A stretch of 64,000 bases of DNA from Escherichia phage vB_vPM_PD112. The stretch is from the sequence record NC_054928.1. The stretch is one strand, 5' to 3'. Position numbers and translations under genes: made by a program. Below the pieces are notes generated by a model. The model made no database searches. It was not told the origin of the DNA and saw nothing but the letters and a program-made list of their open reading frames with translations. Positions 36,901 through 46,248 of this stretch are shown piece after piece. Within the stretch, counting starts at the first letter, position 1. The number at the start of each line of letters is the position of its first letter.

Positions 36901-37215
36901 AGCCTTGCGGCAACCTTGTAGGGGTTCCACCTGCTAAGGCAAGTGTTTGTACGAAACGCCGGGATTCGAACCCGGTTATTAAGTAGTTGACGCTACTCAA
37001 TATTTTTAAAAGGCCATATCTCGACCATATCCGAACGTTCCGTCAAAAACGCTACTCGGCTTACGGCAAAGATATTTCCTCGAATCGATAATTTGGTGCG
37101 CCGTTTCTGCTGTGATGTAAGAGGGCATCAACAAATCATAAAGATTTATTAACACAATTCCTTACCCAGGGAACATCAGTCCGACGACTTACCGGTAGCG
37201 ACCCGGTTTCTTGTT
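36901..37215 (-). ncRNA. putative stable small RNA region (T4 species 1/2 RNA-like), includes a tRNA-like T-arm
   Basis: No ORF; lies between tRNA-Arg and a strong terminator; CCGGGTTCGAATCCCGG T-arm-like element plus 7-bp acceptor-like pairing near 36945-37045; boundaries not resolved. Confidence 0.35.
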
Positions 37216-37292
37216 TGGTCGAGGCAGAAGGATTCTAACCTTCAACCAACGGATTAGAAATCCGTTGCTCTATACAATTGAGCTATGCCCCG
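37216..37292 (-). tRNA. tRNA-Arg (anticodon UCU)
   Basis: Hand-folded cloverleaf; 7-bp acceptor stem with one G-U; anticodon loop TTTCTAA; encoded CCA. Confidence 0.7.
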
Positions 37293-37295
37293 TAA

Positions 37296-37961
37296 TTAAA
37301 ATTTCATTTTTCGACCTTTAAACCATCCTTCTGGAATTGGGTCAGTTTTCTTAATACGTTTAGAAACTTTTTCATCTAATGAATGAATCCACATCATGCC
37401 AAATTGGGAATTCTTTTCACCTTGTTGGTGTTTATTTCTGGCGTGAGATTCTTTCATTTTATTAATAGTTTCAGGAGTATGATGCTTATTTAAAAATCTG
37501 CTATTATTTAAAAATTTTTCCCTGTATTCAGGAGTTGACCACAAGCGTTTAAATACATTTGAACCATTTTTACGATATTTTTCTTGAAGTAAAATATCAT
37601 TTTTAAAACGTGACTTAAACGATTTAGCTCCTTTTAAACTAGCGTCTTTCTTCTGATTTAGCATCTCAGGAATATTTATATGATCCCATCCACCTTCACC
37701 GCCAAGTTTTAAATTATACACATCAGGTCTATTTAAAAACTCTTCTGTGACAATATTTTTCTCGGCTTCAAGCATAGATTCTTTATCGTCAAAATATTCT
37801 AATATTTCTTTAGAAAAATTTTCTATACCATACCTGTCTTGGGCTCTTTTTAATAATTTACCAGAACCCATATATCCATCATCTAAATTTTCGGTAGAAT
37901 GCACACCAATATAAATTTTATTATTAATTTTATTTGTTATTTTATAAGCGTAATGGAACAT
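37296..37961 (-). CDS. segB: GIY-YIG homing endonuclease SegB
   Basis: 221 aa; YAYKITNKINNKIYIGVHST GIY-YIG motif; inside tRNA cluster as in T4. Confidence 0.85.
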   Translation of the reverse strand: MFHYAYKITNKINNKIYIGVHSTENLDDGYMGSGKLLKRAQDRYGIENFSKEILEYFDDKESMLEAEKNIVTEEFLNRPDVYNLKLGGEGGWDHINIPEMLNQKKDASLKGAKSFKSRFKNDILLQEKYRKNGSNVFKRLWSTPEYREKFLNNSRFLNKHHTPETINKMKESHARNKHQQGEKNSQFGMMWIHSLDEKVSKRIKKTDPIPEGWFKGRKMKF

Positions 37962-38002
37962 AAATATCTCCTATTTCTAAGAGTATTTATGTTCCCAAAA
38001 TA

Positions 38003-38076
38003 TGACCCAGACCAGATTCGAACTGATAACCTTTCCCTTATGAGGGGACTGCTGCTAACCATTGAGCTACAGGGCC
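38003..38076 (-). tRNA. tRNA-Ile (anticodon CAU; may score as Met)
   Basis: Hand-folded; T-arm ATCAG/TTCGAAT/CTGGT; anticodon loop CTCATAA; one acceptor mismatch. Confidence 0.65.
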
Positions 38077-38082
38077 TTGATA

Positions 38083-38155
38083 TGCTGATTGACGGAATCG
38101 AACCGCCGACCTTCTCATTACAAGTGAGTTGCTCTACCTACTGAGCTAAATCAGC
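38083..38155 (-). tRNA. tRNA-Thr (anticodon UGU)
   Basis: Acceptor GCTGATT/AATCAGC; anticodon loop CTTGTAA; T-loop TTCGATT. Confidence 0.8.
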
Positions 38156-38162
38156 GAAATTA

Positions 38163-38249
38163 CGGAGGCGATAGGATTTGAACCTATGAGTCGCCGGAGC
38201 GACTGCCGGTTTTCAAGACCGGTGCATTAAACCACTCTGCCACGCCTCC
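38163..38249 (-). tRNA. tRNA-Ser (anticodon UGA), long variable arm
   Basis: Acceptor GGAGGCG/CGCCTCC; anticodon loop CTTGAAA; long extra arm; T-loop TTCAAAT. Confidence 0.8.
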
Positions 38250-38251
38250 AG

Positions 38252-38325
38252 TCTCCGTGGCAGGATTTGAACCTACGACATTCTGCTCCCAAAGCAGACG
38301 CTCTACCAAACTGAGCTACACGGAG
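38252..38325 (-). tRNA. tRNA-Pro (anticodon UGG)
   Basis: Acceptor CTCCGTG/CACGGAG; anticodon loop TTTGGGA. Confidence 0.8.
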
Positions 38326-38337
38326 TAAATTAAATTT

Positions 38338-38409
<72 letters not shown>

Positions 38410-38415
38410 AAACTT

Positions 38416-38502
38416 TGGTACGAGAAGTGGGACTCGAACCCACAAGGAAATCATTCCGCAGCATTTTAAGTGCTGTGCCTTTACCAATTTGACCATTCTC
38501 GC
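38416..38502 (-). tRNA. tRNA-Leu (anticodon UAA), long variable arm
   Basis: Acceptor GCGAGAA/TTCTCGT; anticodon loop CTTAAAA; encoded CCA. Confidence 0.8.
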
Positions 38503-38508
38503 TCTATA

Positions 38509-39141
38509 TTATTTATTACGTGAAAAAGATTGTTCTATCAATTCTGGACACTTTCGTTCTATCCATTTTCTAGCTTTTTGTGGGCTTATACCTATTATTT
38601 TAGCAGCTTTACTAACCCATCCAAATTTAGAATAATCGATTTTAACTAATTCTTCGTAAATTTCATCAGTTAAAATCTTTTCATTAATATTTACCAGTAA
38701 ATGATATAATTTATTATCATTAGCAATTTTAATGAATCTTTTATAGTTTCCGCCTTTACTTAAACCTAATGAAGTAATTGCAGATGATATAGTAGCCGAA
38801 TTTAATAGTGCGTTTAAAATTTCTTCATCACTAACATTATAACGCTTTTTATTATTTTTAATATTTTTACCAGCAAAAGTATCAGTTTGCGAATGGCAAT
38901 TTGGACATAATAATCTTAAATTTGATTTAAGATGATTTTTGTTATTTCCATCAATATGGTCTAATTGCAGAACAATATGCTTATTTTGCCATTTTGAAAT
39001 TTTACAAATTGCGCACTCATATGGAAAAATATTTTCTTTTATTATTTTATCTTTCAGCTTTCCTGTACTAAAATTTGGATGTTTTCCTTCAAAAATTTCA
39101 GCTAATTTAGTATCCATAATATGATTCCCAATTATTAACAA
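38509..39141 (-). CDS. HNH homing endonuclease (mob-like)
   Basis: HNH motif LDHIDGNNKNHLKSNLRLLCPNCH; 210 aa; stop 6 nt from tRNA-Leu 5' end. Confidence 0.75.
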   Translation of the reverse strand: MLIIGNHIMDTKLAEIFEGKHPNFSTGKLKDKIIKENIFPYECAICKISKWQNKHIVLQLDHIDGNNKNHLKSNLRLLCPNCHSQTDTFAGKNIKNNKKRYNVSDEEILNALLNSATISSAITSLGLSKGGNYKRFIKIANDNKLYHLLVNINEKILTDEIYEELVKIDYSKFGWVSKAAKIIGISPQKARKWIERKCPELIEQSFSRNK

Positions 39142-39227
39142 AGGCTCTCAAGCAAGAACCCTTGATGATAGAGGGTATTAATCAGTGCGATATGAGTTAA
39201 TAATAACAAATAATTCTTAAAGCATAT

Positions 39228-39515
39228 TTACCATTTATAATAATACATATTTACGATGCATTCAAGACCCAAAGGATTCTTGAAAATATCATATTCAAGA
39301 GGACCTTTTTCCGTTTCAATAAAGAAATCAAAATTTACTGTATTAAATTTACGGTCTTCCTTCACTAATTTAACTTGAGAAGATGAACGATCAATGTAAA
39401 CCTTTTCAACTTCAAAACATGTTAAAATGCCATAATCATCAATCAAGACTTTAGCTGCTTCTTGATCATATTTATATCCATTTTCAATGGATGATACTTT
39501 CGCATAAAGAATCAT
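39228..39515 (-). CDS. hypothetical protein
   Basis: ORF track. Confidence 0.45.
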   Translation of the reverse strand: MILYAKVSSIENGYKYDQEAAKVLIDDYGILTCFEVEKVYIDRSSSQVKLVKEDRKFNTVNFDFFIETEKGPLEYDIFKNPLGLECIVNMYYYKW

Positions 39516-39517
39516 TA

Positions 39518-39901
39518 TCAGCCTTCATCAACAATAGTGTGAGTATGGGCATTTACGATTTGCCACCAGTCAAAACTATCGCCAAATCGTTTTGATTTAT
39601 TGTCTTCAATAATTTGGCGTAATTCATCTTCTGTTTCAGCATACGCAATCAAATCATCATATCCACCACGAGGATAATAATTATCACCTGCAAAAAGTAA
39701 AAAGTTTGGTTTAATGTTATTGAACTCTTCAAGAGTAATAACTTTTCCTGACGGTTGAACAATCTCTACATATTTATATCCCAATTTTTGAGCAGCATCT
39801 ACTGCTTCAAGCAGGGTATCATGAGCCCATCCAATTTGGCAATCTGGCTTTTCAGATGGATTAGCCTGATAATCCGCGTACACTTTATACATTCTATTCA
39901 C
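39518..39901 (-). CDS. hypothetical protein
   Basis: ORF track. Confidence 0.45.
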   Translation of the reverse strand: MNRMYKVYADYQANPSEKPDCQIGWAHDTLLEAVDAAQKLGYKYVEIVQPSGKVITLEEFNNIKPNFLLFAGDNYYPRGGYDDLIAYAETEDELRQIIEDNKSKRFGDSFDWWQIVNAHTHTIVDEG

Positions 39902-40079
39902 CTTTAGAAATTTTATCCATAACGATAGCGATTAAACCAATTAAAAATGCTACTACAAGTGAAAAAACATTTTCTGCTGTAGTCAATAATCCGCATATAA
40001 ATCCAACAAACATTGAAAAACTAAAAGCGGAAACAGAAATTGCAATAGCAACATTTCGAATTAATTCACAACGTTTCAT
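39894..40079 (-). CDS. small membrane protein
   Basis: Hydrophobic 61-aa ORF; early promoter upstream. Confidence 0.45.
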   Translation of the reverse strand: MKRCELIRNVAIAISVSAFSFSMFVGFICGLLTTAENVFSLVVAFLIGLIAIVMDKISKGE

Positions 40080-40107
40080 TTTATTCTCCTCAGTAGTTGA
40101 TAGGGTA

Positions 40108-40137
40108 ATAGTATCACAACTAAAACCCTATGTAAAC
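40108..40137 (-). promoter_or_regulatory. T4-type early promoter
   Basis: GTTTACA ... TGATACTAT with upstream TTTCACAAAGTTG. Confidence 0.5.
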
Positions 40138-40149
40138 AACTTTGTGAAA

Positions 40150-40407
40150 TTATTTTAAATCTTCTAATCGTTTCTTCATCTTAGAACCGTTCTTAGCGAT
40201 TTCGCCTGCATCAGAGCATAATGCTAAAAGCGCTTTAACTTTAGTTTGGTCTCCTTTAAAAGATGAAGGATCGACTGCAGCAGCAAGTTCTTTAATACGA
40301 GAGAAAAGACGCTCAGCTTCAGCTAAAGCCATTCCAAGCTTTACTTCCATACCATGAGAAGATTCAGTAATAGTAGTTTTTGTAGCAAACTCTTTGAAAG
40401 TTTTCAT
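40150..40407 (-). CDS. internal-protein-like small protein with CTS-like N-terminus (ipI locus)
   Basis: N-terminus MKTFKEFATKTTITE resembles capsid targeting sequence; immediately upstream of 57B. Confidence 0.55.
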   Translation of the reverse strand: MKTFKEFATKTTITESSHGMEVKLGMALAEAERLFSRIKELAAAVDPSSFKGDQTKVKALLALCSDAGEIAKNGSKMKKRLEDLK

Positions 40408-40437
40408 TTTATTTTCCTAATTAATTTTGATGAGATA

Positions 40438-40467
40438 ATAGTATCACTACCTCATCAACGTGTAAAC
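40438..40467 (-). promoter_or_regulatory. T4-type early promoter upstream of ipI-locus gene
   Basis: Near-duplicate of the 40108-40137 element. Confidence 0.5.
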
Positions 40468-40479
40468 AACTTTGTGAAA

Positions 40480-41176
<697 letters not shown>

Positions 41177-41177
<1 letters not shown>

Positions 41178-41890
41178 TATAGTACCTTTAGTGTATTTTT
41201 AATTTTAGAAAAAAGTTCTTCAAGAGAACCATCGTTTGTAATTACTAAATCGCCATCACGAATTGGCAATCCAGCTTCTGTAATATGAGTATCATTGGAT
41301 TTTTGACCAGGACGAACTACATGAATTACTGTAGCACCCATCGCCCTAGCCGCATCCATTTCATGATCTTGACGAGTATCAGGAACGATATAATAATCAT
41401 AACCTGAGTTAAATTTATCAAGATAATCTAAAGCAAATAATTTTACCCAATACATGCGGTCGAAGTTATTAACAATCAAATCCGTACCTAGGGCTTGCAT
41501 CAGACGACGGACTGACCATTGATCTTCAATATTATTTATAACGTCAGCAATCTTGTTAAATGCTACGAAATTAACTGCGTCATCAAAAACAAACACACCT
41601 TTAATTGGGCTTTTACTATTAAGATAGCAAAATGCTTGTTCCATAATCGTAATTACTTCTAATTTAGTCAGATTTAAATTAGTCTCACGATCATAGTCAA
41701 TTCCTTCAAACTCTTTACGAGTTAAACAAGGATAGTCAGTGTTTGCTGCAAATACACCCCATGCATAAGCCAATGCATCCTTAATAGGACCAGCAAGTTG
41801 ATATTTAACTGCAGAATAATTATTCATAATAAAATCTGCAGTAGTATCTTTTCCACTACGCTTTACACCACTTAAAAAGATTAGTTTCAT
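41177..41890 (-). CDS. 1: deoxynucleoside monophosphate kinase gp1
   Basis: P-loop GVKRSGKDT; near-identical to recalled T4 gp1. Confidence 0.9.
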
Positions 41891-41939
41891 ATGTTTCTCC
41901 TCAAATTTAGTTAAGATTATAACACATGAAACTGAAGCA

Positions 41940-42470
41940 TTAAACTTCTGCTATAATTTTGCCATCTTTTTCTACTTGAAAATACGTATAAGGAATCGTT
42001 GCTGTACATACTAAAGCCGGGTCTGAATCTTCAGTGTAGCTAAATTCTACTTCAGACAGGTCAGAAACCCAAGGCTTATAAAAATTTATTGACATCACGA
42101 TTTCAGTTTTACTATTATCTAAAATGTAAAGCGTAATGTATTCAGGACCTGTTTTTTGGGCAGTATTTTCGCCTGTAAGATAGTTACTAGTTCCTAGCAT
42201 CCATTCATACATTCCTATCCACGACTTAAGTTCTTCATCAACTATAAATCTCACAATGAGTGGGTCGTACTCAAATGTAACACCTGGACGTTGTGCTCGG
42301 CCTAGTCCAAACGGCCCAGTCACGGTATCAGTAACAGGTATTCTAATTCCTGGAATAGGAACTGATTGAGCATTTAAAGTAAAAGCAGATGTAGTATTAC
42401 TATGTGGTATTGATACTACAAAGTTAGTTGTATTTGCTTGGTTAAAAATTTGTTGTAGTGCTTGTGACAT
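41940..42470 (-). CDS. 3: tail completion/sheath stabilizer protein gp3
   Basis: Track ORF 203 aa from TTG; ATG at residue 28 gives 176 aa as in T4; GAGGA SD. Confidence 0.75.
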   Translation of the reverse strand: MSQALQQIFNQANTTNFVVSIPHSNTTSAFTLNAQSVPIPGIRIPVTDTVTGPFGLGRAQRPGVTFEYDPLIVRFIVDEELKSWIGMYEWMLGTSNYLTGENTAQKTGPEYITLYILDNSKTEIVMSINFYKPWVSDLSEVEFSYTEDSDPALVCTATIPYTYFQVEKDGKIIAEV

Positions 42471-42576
42471 ATATTCCTCATAATGCTTTATAAATGTTGG
42501 TGGTATAATGGGTCTAAGTCCCTTCCATTCAATTCCAATTAGAACAAACAATAGAAAAGAATGGAAGATAATAGAA

Positions 42577-43401
42577 TTAGATATTTGACCAGACTTTGTT
42601 TGCAGAGAAACGTTTTCCTTTTGAAACGAACTGCTGAAGTGGCATCAACACAACGTTCGCCCAGTCTTTCGGGGCGATTTCAACAAGGCTACCCATAATA
42701 TTACCAGGTATATATGCCTTAATCATTTGGTCTGCACCCCTAAATCCTTTCACTTGACTCCAATCAATTTTTAATTTTGTTTTATTAGTAATAGTAGGTG
42801 TATTTGAATATTGCTTTAAAAGCTCTTCTAGGAATTGCTGACGAGCTTTAGGTGGAATATAGTGCAAGTTTAATCCATACATTAAATTGTGTTTACCTAA
42901 ACCGAGGTAAATTATCAAAGGAAATTTATCCCAGTAAGGAAGAGTTTCCTTGTGTTTAGCATCATAAGCAAAAGCATATATTCGTCCCGGCTGCGGGCGA
43001 ACAACTTTATGTCCTTTTACCTGCTTAATAGTTTCAGCAAACCACTTTCTGGTTTTATTATTAATTGCTGCGCCTTCATTACGAATTTTATCACGCAATG
43101 TTTGTCTGAATGAATTTATCATAAGCAGTTGTCTTTCTTGCTTATTGAGTTTATTCATTGGTTTTGATTCAAGCTTTTGAATCTTTTCGGCTGTTTTAAT
43201 TCCTGAAGCATATTTTGACATTGCCGAAGTAAACGTAGAGTATTTGATTCCTCTTTCTTCAGCAAATTGCTTTCCTGTCATTCCTTTTGCTTTGGCCTTT
43301 TTGTATTCAAGACCTATCTGAATCCATTTCTTTTCGTTTAATGATTGCTTAACCTTTGGAACTTGGGGAGTGCTTTCATTAATTATTTGAAAAATAGCCA
43401 T
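42577..43401 (-). CDS. 2: DNA end protector protein gp2
   Basis: 274 aa as in T4; ATG start. Confidence 0.85.
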   Translation of the reverse strand: MAIFQIINESTPQVPKVKQSLNEKKWIQIGLEYKKAKAKGMTGKQFAEERGIKYSTFTSAMSKYASGIKTAEKIQKLESKPMNKLNKQERQLLMINSFRQTLRDKIRNEGAAINNKTRKWFAETIKQVKGHKVVRPQPGRIYAFAYDAKHKETLPYWDKFPLIIYLGLGKHNLMYGLNLHYIPPKARQQFLEELLKQYSNTPTITNKTKLKIDWSQVKGFRGADQMIKAYIPGNIMGSLVEIAPKDWANVVLMPLQQFVSKGKRFSANKVWSNI

Positions 43402-43853
43402 TATGCCCCCTTAAAGCCAAGAGCTCGTAATCCATCTTCTGTTAAAATTCTAAATTTTATTCCACGCTTTTCAGCTAAAGCTTGCGCTGCTTTCCATTTG
43501 TCAGTATTAACAGAATATGTATAAATTTCATTCATAAATCTTTTCTTCGCTGCAGTTGTTAGATGTGCCGGTTTAACTGGTGGTTGTGTTTCTTTTTTAG
43601 GTTTTATTTCAATAAAAAATTCTTGTCCAGAAGAATCTTTCATCCAAATATCCATGAAGTATCTACGTTTTTTCCCTTCTGCATTACAAAAATAAGGAAT
43701 TACTGCTGTTTCACTACCCCATGCAATAATTTCTGGATTTTTATCTAACCATTCAAAAAAGAATTTTTCCCAATTTGATCTATACGTAATTTTTTTAGGG
43801 TCACCTCTATATTTTGATATATTTTTAGGAACCCATTTTCCAGAATATGCCAT
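43401..43853 (-). CDS. 4: head completion protein gp4
   Basis: 150 aa as in T4; late promoter upstream. Confidence 0.85.
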   Translation of the reverse strand: MAYSGKWVPKNISKYRGDPKKITYRSNWEKFFFEWLDKNPEIIAWGSETAVIPYFCNAEGKKRRYFMDIWMKDSSGQEFFIEIKPKKETQPPVKPAHLTTAAKKRFMNEIYTYSVNTDKWKAAQALAEKRGIKFRILTEDGLRALGFKGA

Positions 43854-43864
43854 TGGATTCTCCT

Positions 43865-43872
43865 TATAAATA
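43865..43872 (+). promoter_or_regulatory. late promoter TATAAATA for gene 53
   Basis: Exact TATAAATA about 30 nt upstream of gp53 ATG. Confidence 0.65.
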
Positions 43873-43879
43873 GATAATA

Positions 43880-43887
43880 TATTTATA
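43880..43887 (-). promoter_or_regulatory. late promoter TATAAATA for gene 4
   Basis: Exact TATAAATA on minus strand about 28 nt upstream of gp4 ATG; interleaved with plus-strand promoter. Confidence 0.6.
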
Positions 43888-43900
43888 AACAGGAGGGCCC

Positions 43901-44491
43901 ATGCTCTTTACATTTTTTGATCCGATTGAATATGCGGCCAAAACGGTGAATAAAAACGCGCCGACTATTCCTATGACAGATATTTTTAGAAACTATAAAG
44001 ACTATTTTAAACGCGCTCTTGCGGGATATCGCTTACGTACTTATTATATCAAAGGTTCACCACGCCCGGAAGAATTAGCAAATACTATATATGGAAATCC
44101 GCAGTTGTATTGGGTTTTATTGATGTGTAATGATAATTATGATCCGTATTATGGATGGATTACTTCGCAAGAAGCTGCTTATCAAGCATCTATACAAAAA
44201 TACAAAAACGTAGGTGGAGACCAAATAGTATATCATGTGAATGAGAATGGTGAAAAATTTTATAATTTAATATCATACGATGATAATCCATATGTTTGGT
44301 ATGACAAAGGCGATAAAGCTAGAAAATATCCTCAATATGAAGGAGCACTTGCTGCGGTCGATACGTATGAAGCTGCTGTTCTTGAAAATGAAAAACTTCG
44401 TCAAATAAAAATAATAGCAAAATCAGACATCAATTCATTTATGAACGACCTTATACGTATAATGGAGAAATCTTATGGAAATGATAAGTAA
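43901..44491 (+). CDS. 53: baseplate wedge subunit gp53
   Basis: 196 aa as in T4; GGAGGG SD; late promoter upstream. Confidence 0.85.
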   Translation: MLFTFFDPIEYAAKTVNKNAPTIPMTDIFRNYKDYFKRALAGYRLRTYYIKGSPRPEELANTIYGNPQLYWVLLMCNDNYDPYYGWITSQEAAYQASIQKYKNVGGDQIVYHVNENGEKFYNLISYDDNPYVWYDKGDKARKYPQYEGALAAVDTYEAAVLENEKLRQIKIIAKSDINSFMNDLIRIMEKSYGNDK

Positions 44492-46247
44492 TAACCTTAA
44501 TTGGTTTGTTGGTGTTGTTGAAGATAGAATGGACCCATTAAAATTAGGTCGTGTTCGTGTTCGTGTGGTTGGTCTGCATCCACCTCAAAGAGCGCAAGGC
44601 GATGTAATGGGTATTCCAACCGATAAATTACCATGGATGTCAGTTATTCAACCTATAACTTCTGCAGCAATGTCTGGAATTGGAGGTTCTGTTACAGGAC
44701 CAGTAGAAGGAACTAGAGTTTATGGTCATTTTTTAGACAAATGGAAAACTAACGGAATTGTCCTTGGCACGTATGGTGGGATAGTTCGCGAAAAACCTAA
44801 TAGACTTGAAGGATTTTCTGACCCAACTGGGCAGTATCCTAGACGTCTAGGAAATGATACTAACGTATTAAACCAAGGCGGAGAAGTAGGATATGATTCG
44901 TCTTCTAATATTATCCAAGATAGCAATCTAGACACTGCGATAAATCCTGATGATAGACCATTATCAGAAATTCCAACTGATGATAATCCAAATATGTCAA
45001 TGGCTGAAATGCTTCGCCGTGATGAAGGATTAAGACTAAAAGTTTATTGGGATACAGAAGGATATCCGACAATTGGTATTGGTCATCTTATCATGAAGCA
45101 GCCAGTTCGTGATATGGCCCAAATTAATAAAGTTTTATCAAAACAAGTTGGTCGTGAAATTACCGGAAATCCAGGTTCTATTACAATGGAAGAAGCGGTA
45201 ACTTTATTTGAACGTGATTTAGCTGATATGCAACGTGACATTAAATCACATTCTAAAGTTGGCCCAGTTTGGAAAGCAGTTAATCGTTCTCGTCAAATGG
45301 CATTAGAAAATATGGCATTTCAGATGGGTGTTGGCGGTGTAGCTAAATTTAACACAATGTTAACTGCTATGTTAGCCGGAGATTGGGAAAAAGCATATAA
45401 AGCCGGTCGTGATTCATTGTGGTATCAACAAACAAAAGGCCGTGCATCCCGTGTTACCATGATTATTCTTACAGGCAATTTGGAATCATACGGTATTGAA
45501 GTGAAAACGCCAGCTAGGTCTTTGTCTGCAATGGCTGCTACTGTAGCAAAGTCTTCTGACCCGGCTGACCCTCCTATTCCGAATGATTCGAGAATTTTAT
45601 TCAAAGAACCTGTTTCTTCATATAAAGGTGAGTATCCGTATGTTCACACAATGGAAACTGAAAGCGGTCATATTCAGGAATTTGACGATACCCCGGGACA
45701 AGAACGATACAGATTAGTTCATCCGACTGGAACATATGAGGAAGTATCACCGTCAGGAAGAAGAACAAGAAAAACTGTTGATAATTTGTATGATATAACA
45801 AATGCTGATGGTAATTTTTTGGTAGCCGGTGATAAAAAGACTAACGTCGGTGGATCAGAAATTTATTACAACATGGATAATCGTCTCCACCAAATAGATG
45901 GAAGCAATACAATATTTGTGCGTGGCGACGAAACGAAAACTGTTGAAGGTAATGGAACTATCCTAGTTAAAGGTAATGTTAAAGTAGTTATTCAAGGAAC
46001 AGCAGATATAACTGTTGAACAGGAAGCATACATAACTGTTGAAAAAGACACGACTGTTAATGTTAACCAAAACGCAGACATAAGTGTTAAAAATAAAGCA
46101 ACTGTTAATGCTGAAAATATGGATGTCAACGTTGAGCAAGATTTAAATTTTTCAGCGACAAATATTAATTTAAGTGCATCTAATACTGTTCATATGGATG
46201 GCGGGGTTCTTTCTAAAGTATCAGGTGGAAACGTACAGGTTGGTTAA
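44475..46247 (+). CDS. 5: baseplate hub subunit and tail lysozyme gp5 (cell-puncturing device), variant C-terminal beta-helix
   Basis: N-terminal 470 aa match recalled T4 gp5 incl. lysozyme domain; C-terminal about 110 aa diverge but keep 8-residue periodicity; 590 vs 575 aa. Confidence 0.9.
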   Translation: MEMISNNLNWFVGVVEDRMDPLKLGRVRVRVVGLHPPQRAQGDVMGIPTDKLPWMSVIQPITSAAMSGIGGSVTGPVEGTRVYGHFLDKWKTNGIVLGTYGGIVREKPNRLEGFSDPTGQYPRRLGNDTNVLNQGGEVGYDSSSNIIQDSNLDTAINPDDRPLSEIPTDDNPNMSMAEMLRRDEGLRLKVYWDTEGYPTIGIGHLIMKQPVRDMAQINKVLSKQVGREITGNPGSITMEEAVTLFERDLADMQRDIKSHSKVGPVWKAVNRSRQMALENMAFQMGVGGVAKFNTMLTAMLAGDWEKAYKAGRDSLWYQQTKGRASRVTMIILTGNLESYGIEVKTPARSLSAMAATVAKSSDPADPPIPNDSRILFKEPVSSYKGEYPYVHTMETESGHIQEFDDTPGQERYRLVHPTGTYEEVSPSGRRTRKTVDNLYDITNADGNFLVAGDKKTNVGGSEIYYNMDNRLHQIDGSNTIFVRGDETKTVEGNGTILVKGNVKVVIQGTADITVEQEAYITVEKDTTVNVNQNADISVKNKATVNAENMDVNVEQDLNFSATNINLSASNTVHMDGGVLSKVSGGNVQVG

Positions 46248-46248
46248 T

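Noticed and set aside
37899-38144. Plus-strand 81-codon ORF spanning the segB start and two tRNA genes
   Set aside because: Overlaps the antisense of tRNA-Ile and tRNA-Thr; region is explained by RNA genes.
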